Below, one piece after another: positions 1 to 10,489 of a stretch of 64,000 bases of DNA. Source of the DNA: Lepidodermella squamata (Eukaryota > Animalia > Gastrotricha); contig JBLDXI010000042.1 in assembly GCA_047495785.1 (NCBI GenBank), forward strand, positions 1,984,001 through 2,048,000, written 5' to 3'. Made by a program: the position numbers and the translations under genes. The notes under the pieces are model-generated. The model saw only the letters and a program-made list of their open reading frames with translations. It was not told the DNA's origin and made no database searches. The number at the start of each line of letters is the position of its first letter. The first letter of the stretch is position 1.

Positions 1-1205
1 ACGTCATCCAAGCAAAAGCAAAGAATTCTGTACAAGTTGCAAAATTCCATGTACGAAATCTGACATCCTGTATTCAGACTTTCCCTATCGCTGTTCTGAT
101 GCATATTCTGTTTTATGTAATTGTATAACCGGTGAGCTTTCAGCTTGGCAAAAGAAACATTGGATTCATTAAAAGCTTCTTTGTTATTAATCAAAAGGGA
201 ATATGAAGTAACGTTCCACGTGTTATATATCTGCGTGAGTTTCTTCGGATATTCCTCGTCTGAGTAATCGGGGCAAAGAACAATATACACCCAATTGGGT
301 TTCCTTATTTCAGTGCTGATTGTGTACTGAATATTCGTGGTATTTGCAGCAAACTGGCTGGACTGATATGGATCAATCGATATCCATTTATGAATTTTGG
401 TGAATCCCTCGTTGAACTTTTTCATTATTGAAAGTTTCTGTTGGTTCATTAGTGTTACCTCCGGGATGTACATATTAGCCCGATTGAAATGATAGGTTAA
501 TCCTTCAGGTGTACCTGTATCAGCCGCGGTAATCACATACACCAAAGGCCGATTATAGTTTGGCGTGAGAATGATTCTAAATCGAGACTTCGTGAAAATT
601 CCATGATACGAATTAAAGAAGGGCAAATCTTTCAGATATAAAGTGACGGTGGCCTCAGTAGATTTCACATAGCTGCTTCGCGTTATCAAACCCTTGTTAG
701 CTGCAGCTTTCGAAGCATCGAAAGTGTCAGCTGTCACATCAGCAATTAGCGTTGTGCTTCCCAAAGCCAACGGGCAGTCTTTCGAAAACAACACTTCTTC
801 CCCTAAACTATTGGCGTAATCAGGGCTCCATTTCAAAAGGAAATTTATGTTCGCCCAGTGTTCGAGGAACCGCAGCTCTTCGATTTTGTGATCCGAATCC
901 GATATTTGAACTTCAATATTGTCAAACAGGCTCAACACGTGATTCCGAATGGCATACTTGTCAGTATTCACGAACGCGGATCCATTCTTCCTTTTAATTT
1001 GCAATTGAAACTCCAAGTACCCTTCCCTGACCAATAAATAATTGTCCTTTAGGTTGTAGCTGGAAAATATTAATTTTGAGGGTTGTGAATTTTGATCTTG
1101 AGTGAAATTCTGTGCTGGCGTTTCCGTCCATGTCTTTTTCTCAAAGACTCGATCTTGAATTTCAGTAGTCTCGAAGAGGTTATTGACAATCTCTTGTTGA
1201 AGCAT
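1..1205 (-). CDS. Major capsid protein (double jelly-roll type), runs off the window edge
   Basis: DNA is co-linear and nearly identical to C ORF 47159-48535; ATG at 1205. Confidence 0.8.
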   Translation of the reverse strand, partial: MLQQEIVNNLFETTEIQDRVFEKKTWTETPAQNFTQDQNSQPSKLIFSSYNLKDNYLLVREGYLEFQLQIKRKNGSAFVNTDKYAIRNHVLSLFDNIEVQISDSDHKIEELRFLEHWANINFLLKWSPDYANSLGEEVLFSKDCPLALGSTTLIADVTADTFDASKAAANKGLITRSSYVKSTEATVTLYLKDLPFFNSYHGIFTKSRFRIILTPNYNRPLVYVITAADTGTPEGLTYHFNRANMYIPEVTLMNQQKLSIMKKFNEGFTKIHKWISIDPYQSSQFAANTTNIQYTISTEIRKPNWVYIVLCPDYSDEEYPKKLTQIYNTWNVTSYSLLINNKEAFNESNVSFAKLKAHRLYNYIKQNMHQNSDRESLNTGCQISYMEFCNLYRILCFCLDD

Positions 1206-1219
1206 AATTTACCAAAGGA

Positions 1220-1522
1220 TTAGATTTTTTTGAATCCAGAGCCCGAGTATGAATTTATATTATTTTTAATTTTGCGCTCGAGCTCCTCTATGGCTTTAAG
1301 ATTAGTTAATTGAGGGCTAGGCAGAACTTTTTCGGTCAATTTTGTAGCTACAAAGCTTCCCACTTTATCTCCCGCAGCTTCTGAACCAGATTTCATCGCT
1401 GCTTTGACAAAATTTTGGGCTGGTTCAGCTGATACTGCTATTATTTTGGATAAAATGTTTTTACCAACATCGACGAATCCCCGGCCAGAAATGTAAACGC
1501 GCTTTCTTTTTCGATTATTCAT
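1220..1522 (-). CDS. Small basic core/virion protein with GxG motifs
   Basis: NRKRKR..ISGRGF, YSGSGF; homologue at 48510-48866. Confidence 0.7.
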   Translation of the reverse strand: MNNRKRKRVYISGRGFVDVGKNILSKIIAVSAEPAQNFVKAAMKSGSEAAGDKVGSFVATKLTEKVLPSPQLTNLKAIEELERKIKNNINSYSGSGFKKI

Positions 1523-1546
1523 AATTCAGCAATAACTAGATGAGCA

Positions 1547-2293
1547 CTAGATTATATCTATACCTATCCCCCACCTATTTTCGACGAAGTAAATCTCGTT
1601 ACCTTCTTGATTCGTGAGCCAGACTCGAATATTCTGCGTGTTCGCGTTTGTGCACATTAGGAACCTTTTCTCGTTCGGAATGTAGTTGACGTGCTCCCCA
1701 AATTTTTTGTTGATAGGGCAAGTAAAAATCACCGTGTTATATTCAGGGATGACGCTATTATTAACCACGGAACAATGAACAAACATTGTGTCCAGGCCCA
1801 TAGTTATATCAGGGACGTTTTGGGAATTGAAATCGCGCTCATATGAGCCTATGTTGACCCCGAGAAACCGGGCCATAGCTTCAGTTTCTACTATCAAAGA
1901 ATAATTTTCTAAAATCCTCACGCTTACGCAACTGAAAACAGTGTTGACACGTAAATTTATGCCAAAGATTTCTATTCCTTTCACGCTGTCAACAGTGAAA
2001 TGGCCGTTCAACTTCATCTGAAAATGCAGGTAATTGTTAAAATCTTGAAAGGTGTAAGTCCCATCGGAGAAAACTACTTCATAAATGTCGTCATTTAGCG
2101 AGTATTCCAATATATTATTATCATAACGAGCAGATACGTTGTGAAACGTATCGCTGAAATGAATATAACTAACAGCAATTCGTCTTCCAGTGAAGTCGAT
2201 TTTATCATTGAGGTATCGGTCGATGGTGTTATTTCGAGAACTTCTATTATTTGAGAGATACTCTAGCGGTAAGAAAATTGGGCTCAGACTCAT
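1547..2293 (-). CDS. Minor capsid protein (penton)
   Basis: DGTY..FNNYL, MFVHCSVV, IRVWLTNQEG pattern; position next to MCP; homologue at 48891-49637. Confidence 0.75.
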   Translation of the reverse strand: MSLSPIFLPLEYLSNNRSSRNNTIDRYLNDKIDFTGRRIAVSYIHFSDTFHNVSARYDNNILEYSLNDDIYEVVFSDGTYTFQDFNNYLHFQMKLNGHFTVDSVKGIEIFGINLRVNTVFSCVSVRILENYSLIVETEAMARFLGVNIGSYERDFNSQNVPDITMGLDTMFVHCSVVNNSVIPEYNTVIFTCPINKKFGEHVNYIPNEKRFLMCTNANTQNIRVWLTNQEGNEIYFVENRWGIGIDII

Positions 2294-2317
2294 TTTTATT
2301 TGAAACTAGATAAATCC

Positions 2318-3481
2318 CTACATGCTACACACAGTTTTATATTCTTCCTTCGTTATTTTTCCATGCTTCAGCAACAAGTCCGCAATAGAAACCAATTCGT
2401 TCCTAATTGCTTCATTGTTATTACCTGCTCTAATTTCTCCCAAACAGTGCAGCATACGCTTTTGCGCATCCTGCAATGTCACAAAAAGCGCAGAACCAGA
2501 CTGGTTAGGAATTACGAGTGCAGATTTTACGCCGGAGTGAGGTTTCAGTTTGTATCCGGTCCTGCGACAAATGTCTTGAAAATGAGACAAATCTTCCTGG
2601 GTGTATTTGTACTTTTTGGGTTCATATCGCTTCAAAATGAGATTTCTCACGCCATCAGAAATTTGCTCATCAAACACTCTGCCTTGATTCTTTTTTCTGA
2701 CCCGGAGCCACCCATCATGTAAATCTTCCTTGCGTACGTAAAATCGCCCAAACTTCCGGAGATTTTTTGGGGTTGGTTTGGTGAAACCCTCACCTAGCTG
2801 CTTGCTTTTTAATTTTTCGCGATAGTCCCTCAGAACTGCAATGTCTCGCTTAATTCTATTATAGTCATCTGAATCTCTTTTCCCTGCTCGAGTCAGATTA
2901 GAGAGCTTAACCCCTAAGACCTGTCTGTTGTATGTGGCCAAACTTACCACGGCTTCTTCTAAGTCTTCTTGTTTAATTTGTTCAATTGTAGGGAAATTAT
3001 GCTGACGGATGACAGCGTTCATTTCTTCTGTGTCATATGTCCCTTCTTGAGCATCCTCATTCTCCTTCGCAGAATCAGAATCAGAATCTTGTTCACTTTC
3101 ATCAGTTTCTGAATTTCGCGAAGAGGCTAACCTACTTTTTTCAGGGCTCTCATACTCAAGCTTAGGGATTTTTAACGCTACAGGAGATGCGGAGGTAGAG
3201 ATAGATGGAGTGCTGTGCTTAACTATTGGTGGTTTCTTTTTAACAACTAATTCCTTGATCGAATTTTGCAAATTACGTATTGCATCGGTGGTTGGTCGTT
3301 GGTTGATAGCTGTTTGAATGGCTGTTAGTGGACTGGGTTCGGTTTCCACCCCAAATTTGTGCTTGAGCGAATAAGAATCGCGACTTGCAAGCGCGAGGTT
3401 TTTATCATACAACTTCTCTTCTCTATCTAATTGCTCCAAAATTTTTATTTGTTCGGTGATTGAGAGTTCTTTGATCGGCAT
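2318..3481 (-). CDS. Conserved Polinton protein of unknown function
   Basis: 387 aa ORF with C-terminal GEIRAGNNN..IRNEL motif; homologue in C. Confidence 0.7.
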   Translation of the reverse strand: MPIKELSITEQIKILEQLDREEKLYDKNLALASRDSYSLKHKFGVETEPSPLTAIQTAINQRPTTDAIRNLQNSIKELVVKKKPPIVKHSTPSISTSASPVALKIPKLEYESPEKSRLASSRNSETDESEQDSDSDSAKENEDAQEGTYDTEEMNAVIRQHNFPTIEQIKQEDLEEAVVSLATYNRQVLGVKLSNLTRAGKRDSDDYNRIKRDIAVLRDYREKLKSKQLGEGFTKPTPKNLRKFGRFYVRKEDLHDGWLRVRKKNQGRVFDEQISDGVRNLILKRYEPKKYKYTQEDLSHFQDICRRTGYKLKPHSGVKSALVIPNQSGSALFVTLQDAQKRMLHCLGEIRAGNNNEAIRNELVSIADLLLKHGKITKEEYKTVCSM

Positions 3482-3503
3482 TTGAATTAAGACTAGATTT
3501 TAC

Positions 3504-4214
3504 TTATCGAGGTTCGCCGTAAAATATTCCTGTATAATTTGCCCTCAGTTTCAGCGACTTGTGTTTTATTACGCTATCAATTATAAAAGACCCGTGATTG
3601 TTATACGACGAAACGCTTAGTTCGTACTTTTTCATGAATTCATCCTTTCCGATTTCTCCAGCGTGAATTCTGTGAATTGTCTGAAGTTCCCGCCCGTCAG
3701 TCAACTTTTTCAAAACGATGAATTGCGCATTGTCGCGGATTATTTTCGGAATTTTGAAATATGACTGGCTCAAATAAGCCACGGAGCAATTGTACTTTCG
3801 TGACCTGATAAACAAATCGCCCATGTATTTCTCTTGGGTTTTAGCATTTTCCAGGCAAATATCGTCAAAGACATAGAAGTGCTGATACTTCTTGTCAAGC
3901 TTATCAAGGGGCATGACATCCGCTATATCTGTGGAAAAGTGGATGAGTGACTCGTTTATCCCTTTCATTTTCAACTCGGCTTCTTTAGCTTTCTGCAAAT
4001 TTATCAAGAACTGGTATTTGTCCTCATCCAAAGTTTTAGAGTAAATGAACAGCTTATGAAAAACCGAATTGTGAATGATATTGAGCAAATCATTAGTTTT
4101 ACCGGTATTGCTTGGACCGATAATAATTGCTCGGAAACAATGCTGCGGGTAAAAAGGAGAGATATTTAGCGGCGAAGACTCGCTTTTTGGGATTATTGAA
4201 TCAAAATTGATCAT
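3504..4214 (-). CDS. A32/FtsK-like packaging ATPase
   Basis: Walker A GPSNTGKT, Walker B YVFDD, RSRKYNCS..LSQSY..IPK.IRDN. Confidence 0.93.
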   Translation of the reverse strand: MINFDSIIPKSESSPLNISPFYPQHCFRAIIIGPSNTGKTNDLLNIIHNSVFHKLFIYSKTLDEDKYQFLINLQKAKEAELKMKGINESLIHFSTDIADVMPLDKLDKKYQHFYVFDDICLENAKTQEKYMGDLFIRSRKYNCSVAYLSQSYFKIPKIIRDNAQFIVLKKLTDGRELQTIHRIHAGEIGKDEFMKKYELSVSSYNNHGSFIIDSVIKHKSLKLRANYTGIFYGEPR

Positions 4215-4260
4215 TTACATTCCAATTAGAAATTTCTAATGCTGTTATAAAAATTGTGAA

Positions 4261-5814
4261 ATGTTCGACGGAATTATCAATAACTTGCCGGTAGAAATGC
4301 ATCTTCCTTCTTACCCGGTCAAAGGCGAATATCGCCCCCACGGATCATTCAACAACACGCAGAAGTATAGTTACGCTGGACCAGGTACAAATTTCGTCCA
4401 GCGAATGAAGGAAGGATATGAAGGCATCAATGATCTGGACAAGGCAGCTAAAATTCATGACTATTACTATTGGAAATACAAAGATCGAGAAATGCGGACG
4501 AGAGCAGACAGACTTCTAGCCGATGAAGCGTTTAAGATAGCTAGCGACAATTCGAAAAGCGGATACGAGAGAGCCATGGCGGCGTTCGTATACAAAACCT
4601 TCCACGAAGGAGGCCTAGCCGATAAATTCCATGGAGGCCGAATGCCTACAGGATACGAGCGACGGGAAGGCGAGTGCTATGGCGATGGATACGAATTGCG
4701 GCAACGAAAGCCTGTGGATTATACTGCAACAAAATATATCGGTGAAGTTTCAAAACCGAAGAGACAGCAGAAGAAGTCAGCAGGAAACGCTGAAAAACTC
4801 AAGCTTCAATCAGATAAGGAAAGCACGATAGAGAAGATGAATAGCGGAACGAGCAAAGTGAATTTTCCCATTTTAGCTGATGAGTTACACAAACCGGCTA
4901 GAAAGAGATTTCCGCGGCGCAGAGTAATTCTTCACGATGTGGATGAAACATGGGGTATGGATCTGTGCTTCATGAATGACTTAGCCGACGATAACGAAGG
5001 CTATAAATACTTGTTAACTGTTATTGATTGCTTTTCCAAATATGCCTGGGCTGTCCCATTGAAAACTAAAGACGCTAAATCTGTATTTGATGCTTTCACA
5101 ACTATTGTCGACAGGAGTAAAAGAAAACCGAAGAATATTTGGGTTGATGAAGGTAGTGAATTCTACAACTCAACTTTCACCAAATGGCTGAAAGCAAACA
5201 AAGTCATCAGGTATTCAACGTATGAAAACTTCCATAACCCAATCATAGAGCGATTTAATAGAACACTGAAAACAATGATGTGGAAGAGGTTTACTCTTGA
5301 AAATACTCGAAAGTGGATCGGTATGATAGATTCCTTATTGGATGAATATAACAATAAGAAACATAGATCCATTAATATGACCCCATCCGAAGCAGTGAAT
5401 CCGATCAATAAAGATGGAGTATTACGAAGTCTCTACCCTAACCCCCCGCCAAAATTGAAGAAGCCGAAATTTAAGCTAAACGACATTGTTAGGATTAGTA
5501 GAATTAAAGAACTTTTCGAAAAGGGTTTTCATCCTAATTGGTCTGAAGAATTGTTAAGAATAGTGAAGATCAATGATACATACCCTAGAACGTATAAATT
5601 GAGAGCATTAGATGGTGAGGAAGTAGTCGGAAGTTTCTATGAACAAGAGTTACTGAAATCTAAAATCAGCGAGAATGATTTATATGACAGCAGCATTCAT
5701 CGCGTTGAGGAGATATTACAAAAGAAAACAGTCAAAGGTAAGGAAATGGTACTAATTAAATGGGCGGGCTATGATCATCCCACATGGGAAAAAGCTGAAA
5801 ACCTTATAGATTGA
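4261..5814 (+). CDS. PLA2 - retroviral-type integrase - chromodomain fusion
   Basis: YAGPG and DKAAKIHDYYY (parvovirus-type PLA2); DDE residues in MDL, WVDEG, IIERFNR; C-terminal VEEIL..LIKWAGY..TWE chromodomain. Confidence 0.92.
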   Translation: MFDGIINNLPVEMHLPSYPVKGEYRPHGSFNNTQKYSYAGPGTNFVQRMKEGYEGINDLDKAAKIHDYYYWKYKDREMRTRADRLLADEAFKIASDNSKSGYERAMAAFVYKTFHEGGLADKFHGGRMPTGYERREGECYGDGYELRQRKPVDYTATKYIGEVSKPKRQQKKSAGNAEKLKLQSDKESTIEKMNSGTSKVNFPILADELHKPARKRFPRRRVILHDVDETWGMDLCFMNDLADDNEGYKYLLTVIDCFSKYAWAVPLKTKDAKSVFDAFTTIVDRSKRKPKNIWVDEGSEFYNSTFTKWLKANKVIRYSTYENFHNPIIERFNRTLKTMMWKRFTLENTRKWIGMIDSLLDEYNNKKHRSINMTPSEAVNPINKDGVLRSLYPNPPPKLKKPKFKLNDIVRISRIKELFEKGFHPNWSEELLRIVKINDTYPRTYKLRALDGEEVVGSFYEQELLKSKISENDLYDSSIHRVEEILQKKTVKGKEMVLIKWAGYDHPTWEKAENLID

Positions 5815-5822
5815 TGAGTAAT

Positions 5823-6116
5823 TCATTCATCTTTTGCGTTATTTATTATGTGTACATTACGTATTTTGAAGTGAGAACAATTTTTCAATTTGTTCGTAAT
5901 AATGTTACCGACAATTTCCTCCAATTGTTTCTCGGAAATAACCAACAATTTCTCTGTCGTGTTTAGCAACATTTCACTCAATTTCGCCATGTTTGATATT
6001 TCTCGCCAATACTTTTTACAACTGTTTTTATGAACCTCCTTATATGCTGATATCCTTTCTTCCTCCGTCAAATATTTTTTAGGTCTACCTCTCGGCTTCT
6101 TATTGTTTGATTCCAT
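5823..6116 (-). CDS. Small AT-hook protein
   Basis: KKPRGRPKK followed by Y.TEEER; similar ORF at the same position in C. Confidence 0.6.
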   Translation of the reverse strand: MESNNKKPRGRPKKYLTEEERISAYKEVHKNSCKKYWREISNMAKLSEMLLNTTEKLLVISEKQLEEIVGNIITNKLKNCSHFKIRNVHIINNAKDE

Positions 6117-6219
6117 TCTGAATTTTCTTATATATACATTACGAAGAGAAAATAATTTTAAGCTTTACCAGGGAGAATATTACTTAAAGAAATATTTTCT
6201 TAATATAATATATATAACA

Positions 6220-9200
6220 ATGAGTAACGAAAATTCGAGCATACTTGGTCCGAAGGGTTTCCCCATTAAAAAAGGTGGAAAAGCCTATAAACAGTATATT
6301 AAAGACGGTTTTTCATACGAGGAGACGAGTAGTACATGGTATAAAAATGGACATCCATATGTTCAACATGTTTTAAATCCCGAAAATAGAAAGTTGATCC
6401 CTGTTAATGGTGATATATTCAATCAGTTGGTAAATGGTAATTACGTATATGAGAAGTATAGAAACCAACTAAAGAAAGTCACCATTTTAAATAATAGAAA
6501 GATAGAAGTTGGATCAAGAGAGTTTATCAAGCTAGTTCGAAATACACACGCTTACGATTCCAGAAATAACATATTAACCAAATACAAGAGTAGAATCAGC
6601 GATGGTTACGTATTCGATCCGATTACTGGAAAGCCAATCGTGATTGGAGGAGATAGATATGAAAGCTTGAGAAGGCAGGGATATGCAATAAAAGATGATT
6701 CAAATAGGATGTGCAAAAGACAGGAAAAGGATGGTTTCGTTATCAACCCCAAAACAATGAATAAAATCAAAATTGATGGGGACAAATTCAATCAACTGAT
6801 TGCTGATGGATATAAATACGTTCAAAGCACTAATAGCTTGGAAAAAGATGATTACTTTCATATAGTTAAAATAGATGACTTTGGGCATTTCAAAAATATT
6901 CTCACTCGCACGGACATAGAGCCAACAAATAATTGTGAAATAGATTTCTACGAATATGCAAGGAAAATCAAGCCCAAGGTTATTAACGAGTATCGGAAAC
7001 TAATTAACCAGCGCGGTCCAGTAAGAGCAGTGCTGTATACATCACTTTACTACCAAGAGAATAATGGCGTTCCAACATACCAATGGAGCTCGTCGAATGA
7101 GAAAGCTCCAACAATTATAAATCATGACGATATTCCTGGTATTGTAGATAATATGTTCACACAAATGGGTTCGAGCATTCAAGAGTATCATCAACGAGAG
7201 ACAGGTGGGACGCTGATAGGAATTGGAAATACAAGTGTATGCACGTTTACATACAAGCCGTTGGCAGCAGGTTCTTACATAGAGACGCCGAAATGGATTG
7301 CGAATAAAAAAGCAGTCATTAACGTTCAAAACAAATCAGATAATAAATGTATCGTATGGAGCATTCTCGCTTCGCGGCATCAATTTGACAATCATGCATA
7401 TCGGGTTTCTAAATATATGAACTTTGAAAAGACAATTAATACCGACGGAATAGCTTTCCCGATTAGCATAAAAGACATATCGAAATTGGAAGACTTGAAT
7501 GAAATACGCATCAATATCATTGAATGCGGGAAAATCGACAAGGAGGTCCTCCTCCCATTTTACGTATCAGATAAGAAATTCCTAGAAGAAGTTAATCTTC
7601 TGAGAATTGTTGAGAACAAGCAAGCACATTACTGCTGGATCAAGAATCCTAGTGCACTGTTGGCAGGAGTTAACAAGCATGAGCATAAGCGATTCTGGTG
7701 TTTCAGATGCTTTCAGGGTTTTAATAGCGATGAATCCAGGCAGCATCATGTCAATGAAAAGAAGTGTAATGAGAAAGATGGAAAAGTGAAAGTTGAAATG
7801 CCTAAGGGTGAATCGGTTACGTTCAAAAATTACGCCAAGCAGTTGAAAATCCCTTTTGCATTTTATTGTGACGCAGAGAGTTTTCTCGTGAAGACCAATC
7901 AGAAAAAGGGTGCCAGCTCCACTATTTATCAAAAACATGAAGCGAACTCTTTCGGTGTTTACCTTTCAAGTGATGTCGAAGGCATTAACTCGAGGTATAA
8001 AACATTCGAGGGCGAGAAATGCACCGAAGAATTTCTTAAATATCTGATGAAACAGGAATCATTCTTGACTTCATATCTGAGGAATACTAATAAAGCAATG
8101 ACGCTGACAGGGCAGCAAAAAACAGAATATAACAAAGCTTCACAATGCCATATTTGTAAAGGAGCTTTTGCAGATGAGTCAGAAAAATGGAAAAAAGTGA
8201 GAGATCATGATCATTTGACAGGCTATTACAGAGGCGCAGCTCATAGTTTCTGCAATTTGAAATACAGCTACAGGAATATCAATATTCCAGTAGTATTTCA
8301 TAATTTGAAAGGTTATGATGCACATTTGATTTTACAAGCAGCGGGAAAGGTAATAGAAGAAATTAATAATAAAAGAATATCAGAATGGGAGCAATTGCCG
8401 AAGGAGCAGAAATCTCATGTGAAGAAACGTTTGTTACAGATAGGGGCCATCGCAAATAGTTCTGAGAAATACATCTCTTTCAGCATTGGCCGATTGAGGT
8501 TCATAGACAGCCTCAACTTCATGCCGGTAAGTTTAGCTGATTTGGTACAGAATTTGAAAAAATCGAACGGTGGGTTCCCTCATCTGAAAAGCCAATTTCC
8601 GCGGCTAACAGATTTACAACTTGACCTGATAAAGCAGAAGGGATTCTATCCGTATGAATATATAGATGGTCCTGAAAAACTGGAGGAGCCTTCACTGCCT
8701 GATATGGAACATTTCTCTACCAGTCTCCACTCGAGTTCGATTGATGGGAAATCAGGGCGAGTACCAATATCACAGGAAGATTATGAACATGCTAAACGCG
8801 TGTATACAGAATTTCAATGTCGAAAATTCAAAGACTATCATAGCCTTTATTTGAAAACCGATGTTTTACTCTTAGCCGACTGTTTCGAGAGCTTCAGAGA
8901 TACATGTATGAAGTATTACACATTGGACCCTGCTCATTATTTAACAGCGCCAAGTTTGTCGTGGGATGCTATGTTGAAGAAAACTGGTGTTCGAATTGAA
9001 CTATTGGATAATGAAGATATGTTAACATTTGTAGAGGAGGGAATTCGTGGCGGGGTCAGCATAATCACTCATAGATACGCTGGAGCGAATAACAAATACA
9101 TGGTTGACTATGATCGCTCAAAGCCGGACTCGTATATTTTATACCTGGATGCAAATAACCTGTATGGTTATGCCATGTCGCAAGCCTTGCCATTAGGTCG

Positions 9201-10463
9201 TTACAAATGGGAAAAGAACTTGGATAAATATACCACAGATTTTATATTGAATTTAGGTGATGACGATGATACGGGATATATCTTAATGGTAGATTTAGAA
9301 TATCCTAATACCTTACATGATATTCATAATGATTATCCATTTTGTCCCGAACAAACATTTTGCGAACCCAGTCCGTACATGCAAACTGTCATGCAGAATT
9401 TGAATTTATCAAAACCGCCATCTATAACAAAACTGACTCAAAATCTCAATGATAAGACCAACTACGTCATTCATTATAGAAATCTGAAGCTGGCTCTGGA
9501 GAATGGCTTGATTTTGAAGAAGGTTCATAAGGTTCTAAGCTTCAGCCAATCGAAATGGTTGGCACCCTATATTGATTTCAATACGAAAAAGAGAAGTGAA
9601 GCGAGGAATGATTTTGAGAAAGATTTCTTCAAGCTGTTGAATAATGCAGTTTTTGGAAAGACCATGGAGAACCTTAGAAAAAGTAGTAGACATCAGACTC
9701 GTTACTCAGCCCACAAAGTTACAAAAACTGATAAACAAGCCAAATTTCAAAGATGCCAAAGTTATTGCCGAAGATTTGTGCAGTGTAAATATGGCTAAGA
9801 CATCTATTAAATTCGATCGCCCGATTATCGTAGGTTTCAGCGTTTTAGAATTATCGAAGACGTTGATGTATGATTTTCATTACAATGTGATCAAGAAGAA
9901 ATATGGTGACAGGGCGAAGCTGTTATTCACAGACACCGATTCGCTGTGTTATCATGTCCAAGCTGAGGATATATATAAGGATATAGAAAGTTATAAAGAG
10001 GTGATGGACTTTAGCGACTACCCTAAGGACCATCCATTACATTCAAGCGTTAACAAGAAAGTTATTGGTAAGTTCAAAGACGAATGTGCGGGAGGTATAG
10101 CACTTTCAACTATTACTGAATTCGTCGGCTTGAGATCGAAATCCTATAGCTTCAAATCTGAAGTAATTTCAACGACTGGAGAAAATACAGAACTCCATAA
10201 GGAGACATCGGTAAAGAAAGCTAAGGGTGTCGTTAAACATTGCGTAAAAAAAGCAAATACAATTTGAAAATTATAAAAATTGTGTTTTGAAGCATGTATT
10301 AACAAAAGCTACATTCAATCAAATCCGATCCTTCAATCACAAGCTAGTAACTATGCAAAGTACAAAACTCGCTCTGTGCCCATACGATGACAAACGATGG
10401 GTGTGCGATGACGGCGTAACAACGCTTGCCCATGGTCATTATAAGTCGAAAAATGTACATTGA
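6220..10463 (+). pseudogene. polB: Protein-primed family B DNA polymerase with endonuclease VII insert; two +1 frameshifts in A-runs (~9680, ~10250)
   Basis: YCDAE, HNLKGYD, CHIC..RDHDH.TG.YRG.AH..CN, YLDANNLYG, KLLNNAVFGK, TDTDS; C-terminus DDKRW..LAHGHY lies in a third frame. Confidence 0.93.
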
Positions 10464-10489
10464 TAGATCTGCACTGGGAGGTACTGCTG

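Noticed and set aside
9670-9690. Programmed ribosomal frameshift in A pPolB
   Set aside because: The C homologue is continuous here; a simple homopolymer indel explains it
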